From: Octopus sinensis
Taxonomy: Eukaryota
Length of the DNA: 64,000 bases
Assembly (NCBI RefSeq): GCF_006345805.1
Contig: NC_043008.1
Coordinates: 24,862,001 to 24,926,000, forward strand
Direction: 5' to 3'
Under the pieces are notes generated by a model. That model saw nothing but the letters and a program-made list of their open reading frames with translations, searched no databases and was not told the origin of the DNA. Shown piece after piece: positions 1-13,379 of this stretch. The position numbers and the translations under genes are program-made. Every line of letters begins with the position of its first letter. Position 1 is the first letter of the stretch.

Positions 1-857
1 GTAGAAGCATGTGTTAGAATGTGCCTGTGAACAGAAGCTGGAAGAAGGATGAATGGTGTGAGAGTGAGCAGTAATATGATGCATATGTATAGAGAAGTGC
101 AGGTGTGGAATAATGATGGCATTAATTAGTGGAGGTGTGAATAAGTGTCCAAGAATCGCTGCAGTTGTAGTATAATAAAGTGGAAGTTATAATTTCTGTG
201 TGTGTGTAAACATAAGAGAATATGATTTAAACATCATTTTACCTGCATGTGGCTATGAACCAAAGAGAAATTTTTTAAAATGATTGGACCATATAGCTGT
301 AGAATGGAAACAAAGAACAGGGAAATGGTTTAGGACTCAAAGTAGCAACAGAGTGTATTGGCATAGCTGGTTCCTATACTTGTTATTATGCCTAGCTTAA
401 TACTCGCCTGCAGAAGAGAAACATTTAAGGTTGAGAAGAAATTTGGCTAAAGCGGAACGGGCAGACGTTCTGGGTTAAAAGTGTACGGAAGTCAGGAAAC
501 TATGAGGATAACAGTATACGGACAGTAGATGTCCATAGCAAAGAAAGTGGTTGATGATGCCGGAAAAGGAAAAGGGGGAAGAAGAAATGCTGTGTGTGGC
601 TGAAATGTAATCATCGGGTCTCTAGGTAGACGGAAATGAGTTGTGTGTGGAGGTTACAACTAGAGGAAATCGGGCAGCCAGTGATGCTGTACCACGGAGG
701 GGTGAGACAGGCCGAGATGAATTTGGAAGCCTTAAGAGTATAAGGGAAGAGGAAAAAATTTTGAAGATAAGGTAGGAGGTGCGTTGTTGGTAGATAAGAA
801 TGAGGTCAAATGATAAAGAATGATGAAATAGGGGTCCCGAAGTTGTCGCAGTACTTC

Positions 858-1091
858 AACGCTGCAGAGATCGGTACATGCATACATACATACATTCATG
901 CATACCCTCATATATACATACAAATATAATACATATATGTCTGTGCAAACATACACACACATTCACACACACACCCAAACACACACACTCAAACGCACGC
1001 ACACACTCAAACGCTCGCACACACTCAAACACACACTCAAACACACGAACGCGTGTGCGAACATACATACATACATACATACATACATACA

Positions 1092-1125
<34 letters not shown>

Positions 1126-1412
1126 CATACATACATACATATATCACAAACATTTTCTGACGTTAATCCATCGAATTCCAAACGCTGCAGAGATCGGTAC
1201 ATGCATACATACATACATTCATGCATACCCTCATATATACATACAAATATAATACATATATGTCTGTGCAAACATACACACACATTCACACACACACCCA
1301 AACACACACACTCAAACGCACGCACACACTCAAACACACACTCAAACACACGAACGCGTGTGCGAGCATACATACATACATACATACATACATACATACA
1401 TACATACATACA

Positions 1413-1446
<34 letters not shown>

Positions 1447-1505
1447 CATACATACATACATATATCACAAACATTTTCTGACGTTAATCCATCGAATTCC
1501 AAACG
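858..1505. repeat. Tandem duplication of a ~323-bp unit containing (CA)n/(TACA)n
   Basis: aacgctgcagagatcggtacatg...cgttaatccatcgaattcca starts at 858 and again at 1181; aacg at the junctions. Confidence 0.9.
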
Positions 1506-2041
1506 AACCGTCCATTCAAAGTTCATATATCATTGTTAACATTACCACACGTTTTGGAAAGAATCAGTCCACCATTACAATAACGCTGTGATGACACCCT
1601 TCTCACACTACATGTGCACTGTTTGCTTTGCCACCATTCAATATAAAAGAACGTTAAAAACTATTTGTCTTACTTTTAATCACGGTTTCATTTGTGCATT
1701 CTTTTCATTGCAGTAAGCATTACGTTAAATAAAATTCCCGTTTCCTGCCATGCGAATATGTATGTGTGCGTGAATGTGTGTGCGTGCTTGTGTGTGCTTA
1801 TGTGTAAGTGTGTGTGTTTGTACCTGTGAGTATGTGTATGTGCTTGCGCGCGCTAGTGTATGTGTTTCAATACTCGTTTATTAAAGAACATCACCGTTAA
1901 GAAATTGATGCTTCTCTTGATATATATGTGCTCAAGCGTACGTATGCCCCCTACCTTAATATCACTTTAAACATATGCGGCAAACATAAATATGGGTAAA
2001 AATATACATAGATATTTACCTTTTCACCTACTTTAATATCA

Positions 2042-2086
<45 letters not shown>

Positions 2087-2485
2087 GTCTGATGCTTATA
2101 TCCACGTGAATACTTGTGAACATGAGTTTATTTTGGAGTGTATGTGTGCGCATGCATTTGTGTATATGCGCTGGCAAACATTTTCAGATGGTTTGCACAT
2201 ATAAAAAGAAATATCGTGATTGGGTTGAACATATAATAAAGAATGCTTGATAACCAATTCAGTCCATTGAATTATGAGTTATAGCTTAAGTAGCGTTAAC
2301 CAATATCTTTCAAAATGTTTTCAGAAACATTTTGATTCATCTTTCGTTGAAATGAGACTTCTTACACTACTTTTATTTTGATCACAAAACCTCAAAGTGT
2401 TAACCGTTTGGAAGAATTTCAGCTTGCATAAATACACACACACACACACACACATACATACATATATATATACATATCTATCACT

Positions 2486-2810
2486 AGAACTGTAAAACCT
2501 GTAAAATTTCCAGATGTTTATCATTTAAATATGTATGAGCATGTCTAGATATGCAACTAGATGCAGGAGAATACATACATAAACCATACAAATCTGCACA
2601 TACAAACATACATACATACATACATACATACATACATAAATTCATAACATACATGCATACATACATATATCATTGGAACTGGGAAAATCTGTAAAAATTT
2701 CCAGAGGTTTATCATTTGAATATATATGAGCATATCTAGATATGCAACTATATGAATGAAAATACATACATAAAACAAAACATAAAATCTGCACAAATAC
2801 ATACATACAA
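2486..2810. repeat. Two diverged tandem copies of a ~130-bp unclassified repeat
   Basis: tttatcattt..atat..gagcat.tctagatatgcaacta..aaatctgcaca at ~2490 and ~2680; third copy at ~34921-35036. Confidence 0.75.
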
Positions 2811-3147
2811 ACAAATAAAAATGACCTGCTGATGATGTTGAAATTCCAGTGAAGGAACCTTGGATCTATGTTAGAAACCGGCTCTTTCTCTATTGACAAG
2901 AAATCTTGAAATAAAACTAAATGATGACATATCAAAGATACACTGGTTTAAAATATTGTATTTTGAAGGGATATTTCATCAATGAATATAATATATAACG
3001 TAACATAAAATATCAAATTATTAATTTTGAAAACGGAGAATTCCTCCGGATGCAAATTAGTTTATTAATTAATTTGACATCTTCACCCACAAATTGTTTA
3101 ATTTCGCATCCAATGTAAACTACAAAACATATATAAATATATCATAT

Positions 3148-3380
3148 TAAGGCGGCGAGCTGGTAGAAGTGTTAGCGCGCCGGGCGAAATGCTTAGTGGT
3201 ATTTCGTCTGTCGTTACGTTCTGAGTTCAAATTCCGCCGAGGTCGACTTTGCTTTTCATCCTTTCGGGGTCGATAAATAAAATACCAGTTTCACACTGGG
3301 GGCGATGTAATCCACTTAATTCCTTTGGCTGTCCTTGCCTGTCCCCTCTATGTTTAGCCCCTTGTGGGTAGTAAAGAAAT
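3148..3380 (+). mobile_element. tRNA-derived SINE (octopus-type)
   Basis: taaggcggcgagctggtagaa head, gagttcaaattcc B-box, ctttcggggtcgataaa body; atatataaatatat repeated on both flanks. Confidence 0.85.
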
Positions 3381-3739
3381 ATATATAAATATATAATGTT
3401 GCATTTCAAATTACCTTAGATAGAAAATCATCAGGGCATGAAAAAGGACAATACAAGGATTACATTAAGACCTGTTGGAATACTCTACTAAACTAAGAAT
3501 ATATAAGCAGGTTTATTATGTTTGTATATGCATTTGTATATTAATAGAACAACAACAGCAACAATAATAATAATAATAAAATAATGATTTACACTATATA
3601 AGAGTGAAAATACCTAATGAATAAAATAAAATAAAAATAAAATTTATGTTCATAAAATAAAATTCAAATAAAACTTTTGCTCATGTTTGTATACGTGTGC
3701 GGGGAAGTGTATGTATATATATATATATATATATAATAT

Positions 3740-3782
<43 letters not shown>

Positions 3783-3794
3783 ATATATGTATAT

Positions 3795-4607
<813 letters not shown>

Positions 4608-4810
4608 ATATATACTAGCAGCATAGCCCGGGAATGTAAGAAACTTTGTCGATAAGCAATGCCCTTTACCTTTTTACCCTTTTTCGTACTCATTGAACCG
4701 GTTATTTTGTAAAATGTAGCCTAAAAGGCATTAAGGCATTCAAGTCACCGTTCCCTTGCATGCATGAAGAACATCTATGACAGTTAAAGTGCGTTTTCTG
4801 GTTTTGTTTA

Positions 4811-4876
4811 GCACACCCAACCCAGTTATGCGGGATCAGTGTCGCACACCCAACCCAGTTATGCGGGATCAGTGTC
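4811..4876. repeat. Perfect 33-bp tandem duplication
   Basis: gcacacccaacccagttatgcgggatcagtgtc x2. Confidence 0.95.
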
Positions 4877-4969
4877 GCGACGGGAACGCATGGGTTGGGA
4901 GTTTGACAGGCAGAGGTGATAAGGTTGAATATGCTGGCCCTTTCGACCCGCACCCCCGAATGATATCCT

Positions 4970-5577
4970 GACGTTGGTTGATACTCTCAAGTCGAGTGCG
5001 CCGTGCCTCAGCAGATTGAGTGCGCGTGCGACAGCGGTAACAGTGGCATCCCTTGAAAGCCTTTCTGCTCTCGCCTCAGCACTCTCTGAAGCCCTAGCAG
5101 AAGCAGTGTTAATGGCATATCTGGATGTCCGAATAGTTCGTTGGTCTGGAGTTTCGGCAGATCGAACCATGGCTGTGTTTGCGACGTCAGCAGCTTAGTG
5201 AGTTCTCTTCTGTTGTAGGGTTTTGACAGATCGTGTCCTGGCGGTGCTAGCGGCGTTAGCCGCTTTCCGAATTGTCCTTTGTTCGTGGTTCTCGCGAGCT
5301 CTGCGGATGGAAGCACAGGAAGAAGCCCGCATGTTTTGGCTGGACTGTTGCTCTTTCGTCAACCTCGAGCGGAGGGAAGATCTGTACGCTGCGGCCCTTG
5401 CAAGTCGGGTAGAACGGTCGCTAGTAGTTTCAGATGCCTGAGCAGCGGCAGAACGGGAAGCTTTTGCGAGAGGCGCAAGGCGGTTTCCTCGTGGGTCTCG
5501 CGTGCCCTTCTAGCCCTAGCAGCCGATGCCTTGGCCGTCCGAGGGCTGAGGAGGGTCCTTCTCTTCTTGGGTGGCAT
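4970..5577 (-). pseudogene. Helitron RepHel N-terminal fragment with 23-aa STPR-like repeats
   Basis: MPPKKRR start, then repeats ETHEE/ETTSD/LTKEQ/ENHEQ/KTLQQ/ETPDQ/ESAEA at 23-aa spacing across one frameshift (~5462) and one stop. Confidence 0.65.
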
Positions 5578-7012
5578 TTTGGTGGATATCAATGTGTTTG
5601 GCAAAGTTGTAATAAAAAGGAGCACGCGGGGTGAGTATCTCAAAATGTATAAAAATGTACAAAAACGGAAAAAAAGCGGACAGCAATGTGAGTGACAACA
5701 ACGAAAAAGCGAAAAGTGACCAAACTGAACAAACGAATGGGAAAGGTTTTTTAGTGCACACGACAAAAGCGGCTTATAATAAACCAAGAGTTTGCAAGTA
5801 GCGTACGAGGACCCTTAGGGTTCGTCAAAAATTTCAGGTAAAACGTTTGGGGTGGTAGTTATAAAGAAAGTTTAAACAAAAAAGTATTCGAATAACTTGC
5901 GGCTGCAGCAGCGATTAGCAGAAGAAGGCCAACGTGTGAAGCGAGCGGGTGTGAACCGAGAGAAGAAGTGGGAGTCACAAACTATACGCACACAACTGAG
6001 TGTGTCAGTGCATGTGATTGGCCAAAGGGTGTTTAATTGAGAGTATTGTTCACCGTTTGGGGAGCCAATGGGAAGAGCTGCAATCATCGTGTCAAGGACA
6101 CGCGCGCACGTGCGCACACAACCGCAAACGCATCTACAGCCCAACATTGCTCGAATTTGAAGATAAAAGGTAAACGTATGCCATTTCTAGTAACCTTTAT
6201 GACAAAAGCGGCAAAAATCGACTAAATCGCCTGAAATCCGACAACTATTTAACAAAAGTCAGTTTTGTAGGGTTCGCATGGTCGGCCTCAAAGTTATATG
6301 ATTTTGTCGATTTCTCCCAATACTTGTTAACTGCATTGACAAAAGGTCGTTAGTTTGACATTCAATGCAAACTTGATGTCCAACATCGGTGTAGGGAAAA
6401 TCTATGTGAACTTTCAAAAAATATCGCAGAAAAATCGGTTTGCTATATGTGCCACATATGATGTAATTGACATATTTTTTCCAGTAATAACGTATCCTAT
6501 TGGAATCAAAAGAGCCATATAGCTCCTTGGAGCAGACAGGATGATCGCTGTGAATTTCAAAAAATATTCCTGCCAATTTGTTAAAGATATTGTCGAAAAC
6601 ATGTCATCTTGAATTTGAAGGCGATTTCCCAAAATGGAATGATTTTATCGATTTTTTCTGATGGTAAGGTATTGCATGGAAAACTAACGTAAGAATTAAG
6701 TTCCTTAGGGTAACATTAAGCTTCACCATGAGTTTGGTGAAAATCGAATGCAAGTTGCGAAAACTACAATGGAAAATGTGTTGCATATGATAAGCTTAGA
6801 TTCTCGACCCCATGTCGAATTTATCGAGTTTTTCAGAACTGGGGGAACTTTTCAAAATTTTCGCTGCGATAGTTTTGAATTATGACATTGGGCTATGTGT
6901 GTCAAGTTTCATCAGAATCGGTTGAAAGCCGTGGTCAGGGTGAGGGTACAACCTGACAGATACACACACAGACAGACAAACTGCCTTTTATATATATAGA
7001 TATATATATATA

Positions 7013-7093
7013 TACTTTATTTAAAAGCAGCAGAAATTCAGCAAAACCTGTTTCTCGGAGTTTCACGTTCCCATTCGTCGGACAGTTTTGTTA
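7013..7093 (-). repeat. Short dispersed repeat with variant hammerhead-like core
   Basis: Minus: aaaactgt-CCGACGA-atgggaacgt-GAAA-ctccgaga-a-acaggtttt; related copy on + at ~42415-42487. Confidence 0.55.
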
Positions 7094-7136
<43 letters not shown>

Positions 7137-7179
7137 TATTATTCTTATGGTATTATTAATTTGCATATTGATGCATATT

Positions 7180-7460
7180 GTTTTGTTCGATTTGGATGTT
7201 CCTATTTATATAGTTAATAAATAATATGAAATGGTAATATCTGTAAGTTGATGATTGAAATGAATTTGTACCTCCATTTTCTTATTTGTATTATGAATTT
7301 ATGGCAAAATATTTTACCTTCGCCCATCCGATACAATAAATGAATTAATTGCATTGCAATTATAAGCATTTATGTATTTGGCATTTGGGTGCTTCACCAG
7401 CAGTATATTGGATAACTGATATCCCATAGTGGTTTACCTCCATAACTCCTATCTTACTTT

Positions 7461-7463
<3 letters not shown>
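7180..7463 (+). repeat. Diverged direct repeat of ~10031-10310
   Basis: Shared tgtattatgaattt.tgg.aaaa.at.ttaccttcgcccat...atacaataaatgaattaattgcat...gcagtatattggata. Confidence 0.8.
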
Positions 7464-7511
<48 letters not shown>

Positions 7512-7645
7512 GCGCAACAAGTATGAATGTCAATAGTTTATACACCAATATACATGTGCATGCATATATATGCTTCTTCTAGGATACTTATTAAGATATA
7601 TAAATTAAAGTATATAAAAGCAAAAATAAAAATAAAATCAATAAT

Positions 7646-8034
7646 GGATGGAAGCACTCCGTCGGTTACGACGATGAGGGTTCCGGTTGATCCGAATCAA
7701 CGGAACAGCCTGCTCGTGAAATTAACGTGTAAGTGGCTGAGCACTCCACAGACACGTGCACCCGTAACGTAGTTCTCGGGGATATTCAGCGTAACACAGA
7801 GAGTGACAAGGCCGGCCTCTTGAAATACATGTACAACAGAAATAGGAAGTAAGAGTGAGAGAAAGTTATGGTGAAAGAGTACAGCAGGGATCACCAACAT
7901 CCCCTGCCGGAGCCTCGTGGAGCTTTTAGGTGTTTTCGCTCAATAAACACTCACAACGCCCGGTCTGGGAATCGAAACCGCGATCCTATGACCGCGAGTC
8001 CGCTGCCCTAACCACTGGGCCATTGCGTCTCCAC
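7646..8034 (-). mobile_element. tRNA-derived SINE with target-site duplication
   Basis: Minus head gtggagacgcaatggcccagtggttaggg...ggtttcgattccc; 12-bp TSD aaaatcaataat at 7634 and 8035. Confidence 0.9.
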
Positions 8035-8352
8035 AAAATCAATAATAAAATAAAGACAAAAAGTAAATAAAATAGATTGCATGAAAGTGAAATAAATCGA
8101 AATAAATTTATCTTCAAGTATAAATATATTTCCCTTTCATGCAATGTTTACTTTCTTCTCCTTTTATTTTATATTATTATTTTTGTATTCTTATTTTTAT
8201 ATTTTATTTTCATTTTTATTTTTTATTTTTGGTCTTATATACTTTGAAAGAACATATATTTTTGGTCTTATATACTTTGAAAGAACATATATACGCATGA
8301 ACACGCATAGTGGTATATAAACTATGGATTTCCGTACATGTTGCTTATATAT

Positions 8353-8770
8353 ACTCTTTACTCTCTCTCTCTTTTACTTGTTTCAGTCATTTGACTGCGG
8401 CCATGCTGGAGCACCGCCTTTAGTCGAGCAAATCGACCCCGGGACTTATTCTTTGTAAGCCCAGTACTTATTCTATCGGTCTCTTTTGCCGAACCGCTAA
8501 GTGACGGGGACGTAAACACACCAGCATCGGTTGTCAAGCAATGCTAGGGGGACAAACACAGACACACAAACATATACACACACACTTATATATATTACAT
8601 ATATACGACAGGCTTCTTTCAGTTTCCGTCTACCAAATCCACTCACAAGGCATTGGTCGGCCCGGGGCTATAGCAGAAGACACTTGCCCAAGATGCCACG
8701 CAGTAGGACTGAATCCGGAACCATGTAGTTGGTTAGAAAGCTGCTTACCACACAGCCACTCCTGCGCCTA
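8353..8770 (-). mobile_element. tRNA-derived CORE-like SINE
   Basis: Minus head ggcgcaggagtggctgtgtggtaag...cttgggcaagtgtctt; tail cagtcaaatgactgaaacaagtaaaag. Confidence 0.85.
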
Positions 8771-8780
8771 TATACATACA

Positions 8781-8834
<54 letters not shown>

Positions 8835-8965
8835 TTCAGCAAAAATTTAGATTCAAATGAATATGGTATGTAATTTAGATGCACCAGAATTCTGTATAGC
8901 GTTATCCATATAAATCCGTGGGATGATTATAATCAAAATAAGCAACAAGAATAACTCCGGTAATT

Positions 8966-9049
8966 TGGTACGATCGTTTCGCACTACATCATTTTATTAA
9001 ATGTTGTAAGTATTCCAACAGTTTTAAAATGCTGAGCACTCATCAGCCA
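8966..9049 (-). ncRNA. Type I hammerhead ribozyme motif
   Basis: Minus: tgg-CTGATGA-gtgct..catttta...taaaatg..agtgc-GAA-ACGATCGT-A-cca; intact core, GUA site, 3-bp stem I. Confidence 0.7.
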
Positions 9050-9797
9050 TTTATAGAGGTTTTCCATTAATATAAAATTTTCATATCAAGCGGTAACATT
9101 ACAGAGATGGTAGATATATAGACAAAGATGTGGATTTAAGTTTTAAGAATATTTGTAGTAGTGGAGCCCATCAAATGACTGACTAAAATTCAGTTGTTCC
9201 GGACAACTGTAAGGTTCTGAGAGGAAAGAACAAATGAAAGGAGACAATACAGATCTTCTATTTATAGAAATGGAGTGAAGGTGATGTCAGAGTTCCATAT
9301 AAAGGAATTTATGTAGGGAACAGGATTGTCACAACTACAATGCCAAGTACTACTATTTGATAAACAGATTTGGCGTTAGGAGAACTAGGTCAATATCAAG
9401 TGGTCACAATAACATTCACAGAGAATGCAGAGACCTTATAAAACCCATGCACATCATCACAACAATCAGCCTATAGGTTCCGAGTACTTTGACACGTTAG
9501 AATAAAGGAAAAAATATAGATCTAAAATTATAATGAATTCTTGACTTTGTATATGTACATTTGTATATGGATATGTGTATGTTTGTATATTATTATAATA
9601 TTCTAATATATTGATTTGACTAACTGTAACATTATATATATGTATGTATATTATTATATATTATTATGTATATACGTATATATATATAGGTGCATGTGTA
9701 TATACGCTTATATGAATGTGTATATTATATATTATGTATATGTACTCATACTTGTATGGGTGTACCTTCTCTGATATTCATGTTTAGATTGTACTTT

Positions 9798-9926
9798 ATT
9801 CTCTGAAGAGGCCTGGGGGTATATTTGTAAGTGTCTCATTTCTAATCACATATTAACTTATCACACCTGGCTAATATGAGCATAATGAGATACTCATATC
9901 TACATGGCTGAAACAGCAGTAAGATA
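9798..9926 (+). ncRNA. Type I hammerhead ribozyme motif with long stem II
   Basis: tct-CTGAAGA(9803)-ggcc...gtgtctcatt..aatgagatac...ggct-GAA(9910)-ACAGCAGT-A-aga. Confidence 0.6.
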
Positions 9927-10498
9927 TAGTTTATATTTATATTCATATTTATTTTTATTTATTTATATATATTGTACTTATTGTATCATATTACTCATTG
10001 ATGTGCACTGTTTTGTTCTGTACTATTATGTTTGACCTTGATGTTCATATGTAGTTGGTTAATAAATTATGTGAATGGGTATTGTCTGGTAGTTGATTAT
10101 TGATTAAGGTGTATTTCTCCATTTCCTTATTTTGTATTATGAATTTGTGGTAAAACATGTTACCTTCGCCCATATAATACAATAAATGAATTAATTGCAT
10201 CGCAATTCTTAACATTTATGTATTAACTTTGTTGGGTGCTTTACAGGCAGTATATTGGATATATATTATCCCATGGTGGGTTGCACTCACAACCCCTATC
10301 TCAATTTGTAATATATATATTTATTTATATATATATATATATATACACACACAAATACGTTATATATGTATACATATGCATATATATATATATATATATG
10401 TGTATATATATATACACACACATACATATATATATACATATATACATGCACACACACATATATATATATATACATGTATACATACATATATACACATA

Positions 10499-10529
<31 letters not shown>

Positions 10530-10530
10530 C

Positions 10531-10609
<79 letters not shown>

Positions 10610-10709
10610 CAATTAAGGACAACTACTTAATAAGGAAAACTTAACAAGAATTGTCAGGTAGATAGCGTGAAAGACCTCATAAGAGAAAAAATTTCGAAAA
10701 TAATTATTT

Positions 10710-10832
<123 letters not shown>

Positions 10833-11498
10833 TACATAGATAGATACATAGATAGATACATATATAGATAGATAGATATACGTATACGAATTAAAATAAT
10901 TTGGGAAAAACGAATTTCCAAATCAATCAGGTACAACCCTTGGTTCCATCATAGGAGGATATATATTTGCACATTTTACGTTATTTTTCACATTTAATCA
11001 CTGTCATTTGATTCTGATGTATATTTTATATCTTACATCTTGTATTTGACATTATATGCTTGATTTTTATAAGTTTCATATATGTATATTAATTCATCTT
11101 TATAATGTATAATCTATAATTTTTAAATCTTAATTTTTAATTCTTAAATTTATGAACTATAATTTTAATGTTTAATTTAATTGTTAATTTAACATTTAAT
11201 TTTAAGATTATGTAAAATTAGATTAACGATATTTTTAAATAGAACCTGAAGATATGTTGGTAAAATTGTAAAGAAAATGACCTCATATATATATTTATAT
11301 GTGCATATGAATGTTTATGCATATATATTATAATCTTCCAATACTTAAACATGTGTAATTCCTTCATAATTGATCACTTTAATTTTAACTTAAGTAAGAG
11401 ATAATTAAGGATGTATATTTTATACTCTGCAGCTATACTAGTTGTATCCTTTAAAGTATTACTTCGTGATATTATTTACACATATATACTGTAACTGC

Positions 11499-11557
<59 letters not shown>

Positions 11558-11830
11558 CTTTATAGAATTAAAAATAAAAGTAATGATTTTAGCGCACGCA
11601 TGAATACATACATACACATACACACATAATAAACATGATTATATATTTATAGTCTATTGGAGTATTCTGAAAAATCTTAATGTAATCCTCTTTTCTACTC
11701 AGATGTATTTTGAAATGCAAGAATATATATCTATATATGTTTTGTAGTTTAAATTGGAAGCGAAATGAAAGAATTGTAGGTAAAAATTTGCATCTATCGG
11801 ATCTCTCCGTTTTCAAAATTTATATATATA

Positions 11831-12545
11831 CTAGCAGTATCACCGGTGTTGCTTGGGTTTGTTTCGACCCTTTAGAATTGGAATTTTTGAAAAGTAAAAT
11901 TTTGCATTATGCAACTTGTTATTCTCTTCAAGTGAACAGACATACAAGTTGAGTTTTATATATATAAATTTCTCAACGGGGATTTCAGGGGAGAGTTTCA
12001 GGGAGTCGCTGGCGATGTATCGTGATGATAAAAAATCCGGCCTGCTAAACTTTGGTTAAAGTGATTCAAACTGCAGACTCAACGCAAAATGGTCACATTT
12101 AATTCAAAGCGTAAAAAATGTTATGAAAACAATTGGTATGTGTTCACAAAGTCCAAACGATTAATACGAAAAAACTCTCCAGGCTACATCCCGAAAATTC
12201 ATTTCTTTGCCGAATTTCTACCATTTTTACGGCGATTCATTTTTATATCTTGATTTTTTATTTTTCATGCAATTTACGCATGCTTGCACGCGAGGTGAAC
12301 ACATTTCACGTCAAACAGCTGACTGAGTAAAGTTCACTATTCAATGCATGGGATCAGGCCTAAACAAACACATTATCGATTTTTGCACTTGCGAGATGAA
12401 TTTCGGAACAGAAATGGTGCAGTTCAATTTTCATTCGCCTAAACTTTAAGTGACCCATTTTTGGTGGTTCTACGATTTGTTGGCTAGGAGGAGATGTGCT
12501 GGGAAGTTAAACACACATACACACACACAGATACACAAGTTGAGT

Positions 12546-12552
<7 letters not shown>
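11831..12552 (-). mobile_element. Non-autonomous Helitron-like element(s)
   Basis: CTAG at 11831 next to a degenerate hairpin (caccggtgttgcttggg); terminus acaagttgagt.ttatata occurs at ~11945 and ~12535. Confidence 0.65.
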
Positions 12553-12600
<48 letters not shown>

Positions 12601-12757
12601 TATACATATACTATAATATATATTACATACATATATATACATTATATATATATATGTATGTATGTGTATATATATATATATACATACATTTGTATTATAT
12701 ATATACTTGTATATATATGTATACATTTACATATATGTATACCTATATATATATACG

Positions 12758-12819
<62 letters not shown>

Positions 12820-12850
12820 CTAATATTTATATATATATATATATATATAT

Positions 12851-13155
12851 ATAAAACTCACTTGTGTATCTGTGTGTTTAACTTCCCGGCACATCTCCTC
12901 ACTTAAAGTTTAGGCGAATGAAAATTGAACTGCACTATTTCTGTTCCGAAATTCATCTCTTAAGTGCAAAAATCGATAATGTGTTTGTTTAGGCCTTATC
13001 CCATGCATTGAATAGTGAACTTTACTCAGTCAGCTGTTTGACGTTAACTGTGTTCACCACGCGTGCAAGCATGCGTAAATTGCATGAAAAATAAAAAATC
13101 AAGACGTTAAAACGAATCGCCGTAAACATGGTAGAAATTCGGCAAAGAAATGAAT
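12851..13155 (+). mobile_element. Inverted copy of the Helitron-like 5' end
   Basis: Reverse complement of 12197-12552 with a ~35-bp deletion. Confidence 0.8.
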
Positions 13156-13172
13156 ATATATATATTTATATG

Positions 13173-13378
<206 letters not shown>

Positions 13379-13379
13379 C

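Larger units (their letters stand above)
4615..7000 (-). mobile_element. Internally deleted Helitron
   Basis: Minus strand starts TCTATATATATAAAAGGCAG followed by (TGTC)/(GT) repeats and ends CTAG at 4615-4618; (TA)n on both sides; carries a RepHel-like N-terminal ORF remnant. Confidence 0.75.

Noticed and set aside
1-855. Purine-rich, strand-biased stretch resembling an old retroelement
   Set aside because: No recognisable protein motif in the frames I read
2826-2895. CTGATGA...GAAAccggct as a hammerhead
   Set aside because: Could not form stem I or a stem II adjoining both core halves
11240-11362. CTGAAGA...taaacatgtgta hammerhead relic
   Set aside because: GAAA lost and stem I weak; too decayed to call
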